A stretch of DNA of 64,000 nt from an uncultured Planctomycetales bacterium. Lineage in GTDB: Bacteria; Omnitrophota; Gorgyraeia; Zapsychrales; CAYRXT01. The notes under the pieces were generated by a model. It worked only from the letters and a program-made list of their open reading frames with translations. It was not told the origin of the DNA and did not search any database. A program made the translations under genes and the position numbers. Shown here one piece after another: positions 17,438-26,306 of this stretch (the first letter of the stretch is position 1; each line of letters begins with the position of its first letter). The DNA lies in assembly GCA_964428315.1 (NCBI GenBank), contig CAYRXT010000004.1, forward strand, positions 4,382 to 68,381, in the 5' to 3' direction.

Positions 17438-19768
17438 ATGGCAACGAAAAAAGGAACCGAGTTTGCGGCCGCGGCCGTCCTCCTGTTTGGTCTTTTAAGC
17501 CTCTCGTTTTATGATGTCTTCTTCCTCGGCAAGACGTTCAAGGTCACCACGGCCATCGCGCAGACCATGCCTTACGGGCCGTACAATCAAAGTGAAAACC
17601 GTCCGCGGTTCGTGCCCGTTAACGGAACGGACAGCCCGGTCCTGGAGGAGCCGACTTACGCCTTCATTAAAAAGAATCTCCGACGCGGCATTTTGCCGCT
17701 GTGGAATCCGCATCAGGCATGCGGGTTTCCCCTGATCGCCCTGATCCAGGTGGGGATGTTTTTCCCCTTAAATTTCATTCTCTATGCATTCCCGTCCTCT
17801 TTGGCCTGGGACATATTGATCATCAGCCGTTTCCTCCTGGCCGGCCTGCTGACGTATGCCTTTCTGCGGAGACTGCGCATGGACCGCATCTCTTCCGCCT
17901 CAGGCGCGGTCGTCTTTATGCTTACGGGCCCGATGGTTCTTCTGCAATACTGGACGGCCAATGTCGACATCCTCCTGCCGCTTGTTTTGCTGTGCTACGA
18001 GAACATCATCCGCAGTGCCAGCACGCGCGACTTGGGCTTTGGCGCGGCGGCCGTCGGTCTGACGGTCTTGGCCGGACATCCGGAACATGTCTTTCTGGTC
18101 AACGCCCTGGCCGTCGCCTATTTTTGTTTCCGCCTGGCCACAATCCGTCCGCGCGTCAGCTGGAAAAAACGCGCGACATGGCTCGTCACGGCGCTGGTCC
18201 TGGGCGCGGGGATCGCCGCGGTTGTCATCTTCCCTTTCGTCCGCAATTTCACGGCCACGCTCTGGAACGCCCATCCGCTGGGTGTGGGGCTTACAACGGG
18301 TGAACATCAGTACAAATTCATTTCCGTTTTTCTCCCGCACTTTTTTCAGAAGGAACCGCTCACCTATGATTTTCATTTCGCCGGCTGGTGGGGCGGTTAT
18401 ATCGGAATCCTTCCCTTCGCCTTCGTCTTTTTCAGCCTTTTCGGCCGCCAGAGACAGGGTCTCAACACCTTCTTCGCCATCGCCGCCGTTCTTATCATCG
18501 GAAAATGTTACGCCGTACCCATTATCAACTGGATTGGTTATCTCCCCGTTTTCCATAAGATCCGTTTTTATATCCATGCCACACATCTATTCTCATTCTG
18601 TATGGCCGTGCTGGCGGCCATGGGCGTGCGGTCGCTGGGCCTTCACCGCCGTGTTCTTAAGAAGGGGCTCCTCTTTGTCCTGATTGTCTTCGTCCTCGTT
18701 GCCCTTCATCTGCTTTACTTCCAAAAGGCCGACCATTTTCCCCTGTCGATGAGGGCGGCCGCGTTCTGTTTCGCACTCCTGGCGTTTTTTCTATCCTTGC
18801 TTTATTTGAGGGATACGGGACACCTGTCGCGACGTTGCCTCGGCCTTCTGCTGACCGGACTTCTTGTCTTCGAGCTATTTGCCTACATCCACCGCGAACG
18901 GCCGGCACGCTTTGATTCCTTCGGCCGGGTGCCTTATGTGGAATGGTTGAAGGAACGTCCCGGGCGGGACCGTGTCTACGGAATTTTCGGCGCCCTGTAC
19001 CCGAACACGGCATCCGGCTATTTTGTCGACGATCTGGGGATTTTCTTCGGACTCGTGCCCGAGCGATTCGTAAAGTACGTCAACAGCCTGCTCATCGAGG
19101 ATCTTTTCCGCAACAACCTGCGGCCCCCGGCGCTCAGGACGATCCCGGTGACCTTTCTTCCCGATAAAAAGCCCTTTTTAAACATCCTTAATGTCCGCTA
19201 CACGATCGCCCCGAAATCACTGGGCCGCATCATGCCGGTTACCCGTCATCCGGGATTCGCGGATCCGCTCTACGACGAGGAGGTCAAAATCTTTTCCCAT
19301 CCCGAGGCCCTGCCCCGGGCCTACGCTGTCCACCGTGTACTTTTCGAAAGCGACGACGAACGTGTGCTGGAATTGCTCAAAAAGCATAAAAATCTTTTGG
19401 CCTCCATGGCGGTCATATCCGCGGCTCCGGACGATGAGCTCAACCAACGTCTTCTGTCAGCGCCCTTGGTCGATTCCTCCCGCATCGACATTGTCCGGTA
19501 CACGGCCAATGAGGTTTGGCTCGAGGCTCATATGCAAAACGACGGCCTTGTCGTGCTCAGCGACGGATATCATCCCGATTGGAAGGCCTTCGTCGACGGC
19601 CGGCCGGCCCGTATCTATCCGACCAACTATCTGGTGCGTTCGGTGTTTGTCCCCGGCGGCAACCACAAGATCCGGTTCGCCTTCCGTCCCTTCTGGTTCT
19701 ACGTCGGGTCCGCTGTCTCTCTGGTCTGCCTGAGTATTGTTATTTATCTCATCCGTTCCAAATCCTGA
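17438..19768 (+). CDS. Large polytopic membrane protein, YfhO-like
   Basis: ~777 aa; many N-terminal TM helices, large C-terminal soluble region and a final TM helix. ATG at 17438 has a GAGGGA SD; the tracked ORF extends to a TTG at 17414. Confidence 0.5.
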   Translation: MATKKGTEFAAAAVLLFGLLSLSFYDVFFLGKTFKVTTAIAQTMPYGPYNQSENRPRFVPVNGTDSPVLEEPTYAFIKKNLRRGILPLWNPHQACGFPLIALIQVGMFFPLNFILYAFPSSLAWDILIISRFLLAGLLTYAFLRRLRMDRISSASGAVVFMLTGPMVLLQYWTANVDILLPLVLLCYENIIRSASTRDLGFGAAAVGLTVLAGHPEHVFLVNALAVAYFCFRLATIRPRVSWKKRATWLVTALVLGAGIAAVVIFPFVRNFTATLWNAHPLGVGLTTGEHQYKFISVFLPHFFQKEPLTYDFHFAGWWGGYIGILPFAFVFFSLFGRQRQGLNTFFAIAAVLIIGKCYAVPIINWIGYLPVFHKIRFYIHATHLFSFCMAVLAAMGVRSLGLHRRVLKKGLLFVLIVFVLVALHLLYFQKADHFPLSMRAAAFCFALLAFFLSLLYLRDTGHLSRRCLGLLLTGLLVFELFAYIHRERPARFDSFGRVPYVEWLKERPGRDRVYGIFGALYPNTASGYFVDDLGIFFGLVPERFVKYVNSLLIEDLFRNNLRPPALRTIPVTFLPDKKPFLNILNVRYTIAPKSLGRIMPVTRHPGFADPLYDEEVKIFSHPEALPRAYAVHRVLFESDDERVLELLKKHKNLLASMAVISAAPDDELNQRLLSAPLVDSSRIDIVRYTANEVWLEAHMQNDGLVVLSDGYHPDWKAFVDGRPARIYPTNYLVRSVFVPGGNHKIRFAFRPFWFYVGSAVSLVCLSIVIYLIRSKS

Positions 19769-19885
19769 AAAAAAATGGATGCCCGCGGGGTGCTTTGGGC
19801 AGGCTCGGTGTCCCCAGCAGCCTTGACTACGGCCTTCACCTACCGGACGCCCCTCCCTTCGATCCTACAGCCCGTGAGAAAAAAA

Positions 19886-19932
19886 GGCCCCTTCCTGGCC
19901 GTCCGCTCTGAGCGGACGGCCAAGAAGGGGCC
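19886..19932 (-). terminator. Long hairpin terminator with a U-run on the minus-strand transcript (possibly bidirectional)
   Basis: 23-bp inverted repeat GGCCCCTTCCTGGCCGTCCGCTC/GAGCGGACGGCCAAGAAGGGGCC with one mismatch, flanked by an A7 run on plus (a U-run for the minus-strand gene ending at 19948). Confidence 0.5.
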
Positions 19933-19947
19933 TGATCGTGTCAATCG

Positions 19948-20247
19948 CTATTTCTTCTTTGACTTTCCTGCCGGTGTCTTTGACTTTATTTTCTTTTTCC
20001 CGGCATCCTTCTTGCCGGTTCTTCCCGGCTTCCGGGCAGTCTTCTGTTTGGCCTTATGCGCCATATATTTTTCCGGCATATTGTATTTCATCCATCCTTC
20101 AGCATAAAGCCGCAACCACTCATCCATGGCCCTCTCAAAACCGATATTGTAACCCGCCTTCTGACTCTCTATCCACAAATGCTTGTTAATCTCTTCAATA
20201 ACCCGCTTGTCCTTCAGAACTTCTTTCAATTCGTTAATTTTCATCAA
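19948..20247 (-). CDS. Hypothetical 99-aa protein with Lys-rich histone-H1-like C-terminal tail
   Basis: Globular N-terminal ~65 aa (W/Y-rich) then KQKTARKPGRTGKKDAGKKKIKSKTPAGKSKKK. Confidence 0.5.
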   Translation of the reverse strand: MMKINELKEVLKDKRVIEEINKHLWIESQKAGYNIGFERAMDEWLRLYAEGWMKYNMPEKYMAHKAKQKTARKPGRTGKKDAGKKKIKSKTPAGKSKKK

Positions 20248-20344
20248 TCGGCCTCCTCATTGAACATTGTCGGATCTCTGCCCAGATTCAGGAAGTTATT
20301 CTAATGAAACAACAAGGGCATTGCAAGAAAAATTCATTGCCCTT

Positions 20345-21076
20345 TTAAGATCCGTTTCGCCGCGTTCTTTCCCTGTCGAGAACAAAACCCTCGGAAAAAC
20401 GGGAAAGAAAAATGCTCGTTTCATAAAGCAGCCAGAGAGGCACGGCCATCAATATCTGCGTCACGCAGTCCGGCGGGGTTATGAGGGCGCTGACTATCAG
20501 GATAGCCACAACGGCATGCCGTCTTTTCCGGATAAGATATTGCGGCGTGACGATGCCGAACCTTATCAAAAAGGCGACCGCCACCGGCAGCTCAAAGACG
20601 AGTCCGAAACCCAGCGCAAGCGACCCCACGAATCCGATATACTGGCTCACGTTGATCATAGGGACAACGAAGACACTGCGGAACCCGAGTAAAAAATCCA
20701 TGGCCAACGGCGCGATTAGCAACAGGCCGAATACGCTGCCGGAATAAAAGAGAAGAATTGATACGGGAAGATAGATGCCCAGATAACGCCGCTCCCGGGG
20801 AGTCAACCCTGCGCCCGCAAACCGCCACAGCTCAAAGAGGATATACGGCATGCCCGCAAAAAGGGCGGTAAAAAAGGCCACCCAGAGTTCGGCGATAAAG
20901 GCCTCGGCCGGAGAGAAAAAGACAACCCGGCCGACCGGCCGCAAGAGGAAGGGAAGGAGCCTGTCGACAAAACAGTAGGCGAAAATGAAGATAAGGCCAA
21001 AGACGATGATGATCCGTACCAGATGACGGCGGAGGTCTTCCAGATGCGCGAGGAATGGCTTGAGGTCTTCTTTCAT
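20345..21076 (-). CDS. tatC: Twin-arginine translocase subunit TatC
   Basis: 243 aa; six TM helices; TatC N-terminal pattern (FLAHLEDLRRHLVR). Confidence 0.9.
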   Translation of the reverse strand: MKEDLKPFLAHLEDLRRHLVRIIIVFGLIFIFAYCFVDRLLPFLLRPVGRVVFFSPAEAFIAELWVAFFTALFAGMPYILFELWRFAGAGLTPRERRYLGIYLPVSILLFYSGSVFGLLLIAPLAMDFLLGFRSVFVVPMINVSQYIGFVGSLALGFGLVFELPVAVAFLIRFGIVTPQYLIRKRRHAVVAILIVSALITPPDCVTQILMAVPLWLLYETSIFLSRFSEGFVLDRERTRRNGS

Positions 21077-21099
21077 GTCCTCCAGTGATCCGCGGTCCT

Positions 21100-21285
21100 T
21101 CAGGCCGCCCCTTTATCCTCATGTTCCCCTTCATCCAGATCTTTCTTGATCTCTTTGCTTGTCTTGCGGAATTCCTTGATGGCCCTGCCCAGCGCGCCGC
21201 CGATCTCGGGAAGCTTCTTGGCCCCGAACAAAACCAAAAGGATTAAGAAGATGATCAATAATTCCCACATGCCCAGCCGGCCCAT
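21100..21285 (-). CDS. tatA: Twin-arginine translocase subunit TatA/E
   Basis: 61 aa; single TM helix then amphipathic helix (LLIIFLILLVLFGAKKLPEIGGALGRAIKEFRK). Confidence 0.85.
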   Translation of the reverse strand: MGRLGMWELLIIFLILLVLFGAKKLPEIGGALGRAIKEFRKTSKEIKKDLDEGEHEDKGAA

Positions 21286-21297
21286 AACGGCTCCTCC

Positions 21298-21780
21298 TTA
21301 TATGATGTCCCTGATACCGAATTCCTTTTTCACCTTAATCTTGGCTTCGATAAATTCTTTATGGCCGACGCCCAGGAGGCCGGCTATCTTGCGGATCGTC
21401 TCGACCTCCTCGTTATCCAGCTCTTTGTCGGCACAGGCCACCCGGAAGAGATCTTCGATGATCCTAACCTTAACCCCGTAGCGAAGATCCTGTCCCACCT
21501 CCCTGGTGAAGCGGTGCATATCGATTCTCTGGCCCGCGGCCTCTTCCACAGCCTTAAGGACGTAAGGCACCTCCTCATCCGAAAGACGGCAAAAGCGTGT
21601 CAGGACGTCTTTGATCTTCTCTTTCTCCTGGGGAAGGAATTTCTGGTCTGCCTCCGCGACGATTCTCAGCAAGACACCAAAAGCGATCTTGTCGTCGACA
21701 ACCCTCTCCGGCTCCCCTGCCTCGTCTGTTAAGACCGAGGCCGCAACCTTTCTCCTGAACTGATCAAAAATGCCTGCCAT
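21298..21780 (-). CDS. TerB-like (tellurite-resistance TerB / DjlA N-domain-like) protein
   Basis: 160 aa helical protein with TerB-family acidic helical pattern; low specificity. Confidence 0.5.
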   Translation of the reverse strand: MAGIFDQFRRKVAASVLTDEAGEPERVVDDKIAFGVLLRIVAEADQKFLPQEKEKIKDVLTRFCRLSDEEVPYVLKAVEEAAGQRIDMHRFTREVGQDLRYGVKVRIIEDLFRVACADKELDNEEVETIRKIAGLLGVGHKEFIEAKIKVKKEFGIRDII

Positions 21781-21973
21781 GACTCTTTTTCCTCAAAACA
21801 TTATCCTGATGCCGGGGTATTCTACCGCTAAATATTTTTTGAAACAAGGCTTTTCCTTTCAGCGGGGTTTGTCCATATTTTACATCAGCCCAAGAGGATG
21901 GGAAGGACTGCCCCTGCCGTCAATCCTGCGTCCTGGCGCGTTCTCCCTCCAAGAACCCCACCAGAATGGTCGA

Positions 21974-23296
21974 TCACCGACCCTCGCCCTCCCGGCTCCC
22001 CTCCTTCACGCCCGGCCCTTGCCCGCGGAAACGTCTGAGTTGTTGTTTATAAAAGGCGTTATTCGGGTACCGGTAGACCAGATCCTTTTCAATAGCGACG
22101 GCCTCTTCCCGCCTCCCCATTTGATACAGGACCTCGGCCTTTGTGTCGAGGTAGGCCTCGTTCCTGGCATCGTTCCTGAGGGCGCGGTTGACGAGCGCGA
22201 GAGCCTCATCCAGGTTTTTTTGCGCCTTTGCGTAATGCCACGCCAGATCGTTATAGGCCTCATTAAAACCGGGGTCCCGGCGGATGCTTTCCTTCAAAAG
22301 CTCCTGTCTCTGTTGAGGCTTCAGATAATCGTAGAGGATCTGATACCTCATATAGGAAACATTGGACGCCGACAGGATCGGAACGATAATCAACAGCGCG
22401 TTATAAAGGTAGTGCGTGATCGTGCTGGGGATGGCAGACCCTGTCCACGAACGCAATAACGTCAAGCTGAATCCCATAATCGTGATCACGACAATGGCCA
22501 GCCAGTCGCCCCAATACTGTCCGACGTGCAGGTAAGCAAAGATAAGGGATACCGCCGTGATGGCGAAAACCTTACCCTTCATCTTCTCCAGAAAGGCAAA
22601 AAAGTAGCCCCTGAAGACTATCTCTTCCAGGAGCGGGGCCACCAGCACCGCCATCGCGGCAAACACGATCAAGGAGGTCGAAGAGTCCGCCGTTTTTAGC
22701 GCCTCGTCCAGCGGGGTTACGGGTTTATGGGGACGTTCGATGGTGATCCAACTCGACAAGACGCCCAGAATAATTCCAAAGGCCAAGGGGACAAGGACGA
22801 TCTTGACCAACGGCCTCCTGTTTGTCCTCAAAGACACCTTGTCCAGAAAGCCGCCCAGCGTAAACGGCCTGACCGTCATCGCGATCAAAACGACAAACCA
22901 TATGGACGAAAAGGTGCCGAGGATCAGCATCTGGTTCAGCGTGGTTTTCAAAAGAGGGACAAACACCTCCACCGTGACCAGCACCAGAGAGAAGAGACCC
23001 ATTCCCAGGAACCAGGCAATCAGTATCCCCGTGCCTTCCGAAACCAAAGACAACCTTTCCTGCCGCGGATCCCGTTGAAGCCCGGGATCCGGCCGCTGTT
23101 CAAGATCTTTATGAAACTGAAACCGCCGCAAAACGTAAACCGGCCAGACAAACACGGACAGAAGGAACCCGCTGATGAACCAGGCATACGCCGGCCATAA
23201 CAGTCTGCGTTCATAAATCTGACGATCCCGCAGCTGCAGGATCTGCGCGTCCTTATAGAGGATCCAGCTGAAGAAAAGCAGAACGATGAGGCCCAT
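21974..23296 (-). CDS. CPBP-family intramembrane glutamic protease (CAAX protease/Abi) fused to C-terminal TPR repeats
   Basis: EEIVFRGY motif and FAYLH motif in a polytopic membrane domain; C-terminal ~130 aa TPR-like (AYNDLAWHYAKAQK...). Confidence 0.8.
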   Translation of the reverse strand: MGLIVLLFFSWILYKDAQILQLRDRQIYERRLLWPAYAWFISGFLLSVFVWPVYVLRRFQFHKDLEQRPDPGLQRDPRQERLSLVSEGTGILIAWFLGMGLFSLVLVTVEVFVPLLKTTLNQMLILGTFSSIWFVVLIAMTVRPFTLGGFLDKVSLRTNRRPLVKIVLVPLAFGIILGVLSSWITIERPHKPVTPLDEALKTADSSTSLIVFAAMAVLVAPLLEEIVFRGYFFAFLEKMKGKVFAITAVSLIFAYLHVGQYWGDWLAIVVITIMGFSLTLLRSWTGSAIPSTITHYLYNALLIIVPILSASNVSYMRYQILYDYLKPQQRQELLKESIRRDPGFNEAYNDLAWHYAKAQKNLDEALALVNRALRNDARNEAYLDTKAEVLYQMGRREEAVAIEKDLVYRYPNNAFYKQQLRRFRGQGPGVKEGSREGEGR

Positions 23297-23354
23297 AACT
23301 CATTCCAATGTTTCAACCTTTATAAACTGTCGGGGTATCCATGCGGTCATAAGC

Positions 23355-25520
23355 TCAAGCCATTACGCTTTCATGCTTCGAATCACTCAAGAATAACACG
23401 GATGTGTCTACGACGGCAAAGATTTCGCGGATAAAGGTCAAATCCGGTTCCCGGGGCGGCATACCGAACATGTTGACATCGGCCTCCGGCGCCCGGGATA
23501 CGATCTCTCTGAATTGTCCCACCATCACCTTCGGGGTTGCGTTGCCGGGAAGACGAAGCACTTCTTGAAGACGCTGGAGGTACGCCAAAGCCGCCGCCTT
23601 GTGCTCTTCTTGATCGATGACCTGGATCAGGCGGACCGTCCCCTCCCAATTCTTCACCAGTTGCAGGGCCACCAGGATCGACAGATCGGCGTTGGGGCTG
23701 TGTTCCCGGATCCAGAGATTAACCGTTTTAGCCTGCCCCAATCCTTTGCGCGGATGAGACCTGAACACTATAATGCCAAGACCTTCCATTCCGGCTTTTT
23801 TCAGAAAAGTGTTCGTCACCGCGTCGTCCCTCGAATCTTCGTCCAGAAAATAAAACAGGCAGTTCGGGGGCAGGACCATGCCCTTCACGGCCTGAAGGGC
23901 GGCCAGCGCCCCGTCAAAGAATGATTTGGATTCAACGACCGTGGTTTCGACATAGATCTCTTCTTCTCTGAGCGCCTCCACCCCTTTGGCCAATTCGACT
24001 GCCAAATGTTCTTTGGCGCCATGACGCCGGACATCCGTGAACGAAGGATCGCGGACGGATGTCTGCGTTTCGCATACCGCGCAAAAAATACTTCGGCCCG
24101 ACGGATACACGATCGGATGGACCACGGGGATGACCTGCGTGATGTCGGCCAACCGCCGCACGGGGATCAGAAGATTGGGCTTCCATATTTTCGGATGGTA
24201 CGGCAGTTTGGCCGCCGCCTTGGCCATCTGCTCGGCCAGGAACGTCAGCATGCCGCTGCGGACGTCGGGCGAATAAATCCTGGTCTCCCGGCGCATAAGA
24301 AAGGCGTAAATCAAAACGATTACCGTCAGCGAAATCCAGGTAAACCCCGTGTCGATAAGGAACATGACAATGACACAGCCCGCGCTTCCGGCCAGCGGCA
24401 CAAGCCGCGGCACACGGAACGTAGGCCTGAAACTGGGGATCCCCAGCGTCTGTTCGATAAAGACGCTCAGATTCAGGGTGGCATAGGTAATGAGAAAAAA
24501 CATGGTCAGGAGATTCGCGACCTGGTTCAGCGTCCCCAGCATCAGGGTGATCAAACTGATAAGCGCCGTAAACAAAATGGCCGCCCTTGGTTCTCCCTTC
24601 GCGTTCAGGGTGACGAAACTCGACGAAAAAGGGATGACGCTGTTGCGGGCCAGCGCGAACAACGTGCGGGGGGCGGTAACGAACATGTTCAGGGCGGAAG
24701 ACAATGTTGCCCCCATAATTCCCAGGATTATCGGCCACCGCCATCGGCCCAGATCGATGATAAGGGATGTGTTTTCGGCCAGTTTCCCGGCAGGGGCGTG
24801 GGAGGCCAGCCATAGGGCCATGCCGACATAGATCACAAAACTGGTGATGATGGCGCCGAGCGTGCCCCGGGGGATGCTCCTTTTCGGATCGGTAAGCTCG
24901 CCGGACATGGTCACCCCGGCGAGAATACCCGTTACCGCCGGAAAGAAGACCGCAAATACCTTCAAAAATTCCGCGGTGTTCGCGCCGGACCAAAACCTGA
25001 TCTCTCCCGCCGGCAGTCCTTGACCGCCGAATATGGAAATAAGCGATAACACGATAAGGGCCAGGATCCCGAACTGCACACGGAAGGCCAGCCTGGCGCT
25101 GGTCAGAGCGATACCCCACATGACCAGCCATGTGCCGAAATAGATGCCCCAGGGGTTATGGCCGGGGAAGACCGAGATCCAGCATTCACTGAAGCCCACA
25201 ATGTAAAAGGCTACGGATATGGCCTGGGAAAAAAAGAGCGGGATGCCGATCGCCCCTCCGGCCTCCAGCCCCAGTGACTTGGTTATAATAGAGTAGGCGC
25301 CGCCGTGCCCGATGCGGATGTTCGTGACCGTCGAAGAAATGGCAAGTCCCGTGGCAAGACTGATCAGGTTGCTGAGGATAAGGATGACAAGCGCGCCGCC
25401 CAGGCCCACCTGTCCCACGACCCAGCCCAGGCGAAGGTACATGATGACGCCCAGGATGCTGAGCAGGCTCGGGACAAAGACGCCTTCGAAAGTCTTAAAC
25501 CGCTGCATCGTGCGTTCCAT
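23355..25520 (-). CDS. Cation-chloride cotransporter (SLC12/CCC) family transporter with C-terminal cytoplasmic domain
   Basis: N-terminal FEGVFVPSLLSILGVIMYLRLGWVVGQVG closely matches the SLC12 TM1 signature; 12-TM APC fold plus ~250-aa C-terminal domain. Confidence 0.75.
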   Translation of the reverse strand: MERTMQRFKTFEGVFVPSLLSILGVIMYLRLGWVVGQVGLGGALVILILSNLISLATGLAISSTVTNIRIGHGGAYSIITKSLGLEAGGAIGIPLFFSQAISVAFYIVGFSECWISVFPGHNPWGIYFGTWLVMWGIALTSARLAFRVQFGILALIVLSLISIFGGQGLPAGEIRFWSGANTAEFLKVFAVFFPAVTGILAGVTMSGELTDPKRSIPRGTLGAIITSFVIYVGMALWLASHAPAGKLAENTSLIIDLGRWRWPIILGIMGATLSSALNMFVTAPRTLFALARNSVIPFSSSFVTLNAKGEPRAAILFTALISLITLMLGTLNQVANLLTMFFLITYATLNLSVFIEQTLGIPSFRPTFRVPRLVPLAGSAGCVIVMFLIDTGFTWISLTVIVLIYAFLMRRETRIYSPDVRSGMLTFLAEQMAKAAAKLPYHPKIWKPNLLIPVRRLADITQVIPVVHPIVYPSGRSIFCAVCETQTSVRDPSFTDVRRHGAKEHLAVELAKGVEALREEEIYVETTVVESKSFFDGALAALQAVKGMVLPPNCLFYFLDEDSRDDAVTNTFLKKAGMEGLGIIVFRSHPRKGLGQAKTVNLWIREHSPNADLSILVALQLVKNWEGTVRLIQVIDQEEHKAAALAYLQRLQEVLRLPGNATPKVMVGQFREIVSRAPEADVNMFGMPPREPDLTFIREIFAVVDTSVLFLSDSKHESVMA

Positions 25521-25622
25521 TTTTGTATTATACCCAAAGCCCGTGCCTCAAACGAGAACTTTGTCGCGCAAATTCCTGTCTCAGATATTTACAGGCACTT
25601 CCTGTTGCTATAGAATATTGAC

Positions 25623-26195
25623 ATGCGTGGCGCCCTCTCTTCCATCTTCATTTGTCTTTCCGTCTTCCTGACAGGATGCGCCGGTGATGCCCCGGTCAAG
25701 GACATCACACTGGATTACCGCATCGTGGAAGAAGGTGCCTTTACGATGCGCTACCCCACGAACTGGAAGATCATCAGTGAAATCGGCGAATCGATAACCG
25801 GGATGGAGCGAACGTCGTTCCGGTTCTACCACCCCCGCAACCGCAACTGCTGGCTGAGCGTTGAGGTTATCCTGCTTTCGGAAGACGAAACAGAGTCCCG
25901 GGATCAGGTCGATCAGATCCTGGCCCACAAGACGCGCGAGGTTCGGGAAGACTTCGAACGGCGCGGCTTTTATAACTTCCGCGCCCAGACCTTCCAGGCC
26001 AGGCTTTCCGGACGGAACGCCAAAAAACTGAAACTATCCGCCGAATACGAAAATTTTACACGGGAAATCGGCGTTTACACCCTCAAGCATCGAAACCATT
26101 ATTACCTGATCAGCTATCAGTGGCAGGACAACTGGGATGAAGCGGCGAAAAACACCCTCTTACGCCGCCTCCATTCTTTCTCCGTCAGGGGTTGA
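25623..26195 (+). CDS. Hypothetical lipoprotein
   Basis: Signal peptide with lipobox (LTGC); no recognisable domain. Confidence 0.55.
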   Translation: MRGALSSIFICLSVFLTGCAGDAPVKDITLDYRIVEEGAFTMRYPTNWKIISEIGESITGMERTSFRFYHPRNRNCWLSVEVILLSEDETESRDQVDQILAHKTREVREDFERRGFYNFRAQTFQARLSGRNAKKLKLSAEYENFTREIGVYTLKHRNHYYLISYQWQDNWDEAAKNTLLRRLHSFSVRG

Positions 26196-26306
26196 AGTCC
26201 TTTCCCGCGACGTTTAATCCTCCGGGCATGACCACACAATAAGGCCAGCAACAGGCCTTCAGCAGCGGAAAGCGGGGAATTCTATATTCCCGGACGGGCT
26301 TTCATA

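Noticed and set aside
25561-25625. Shared 11-12-nt motif TTGCTATAG(A/T)AT in the purB promoter and upstream of the lipoprotein gene at 25623, possible common regulatory element
   Set aside because: An 11-mer shared between two sites is expected many times by chance in 64 kb. At most it reflects similar -10 regions.
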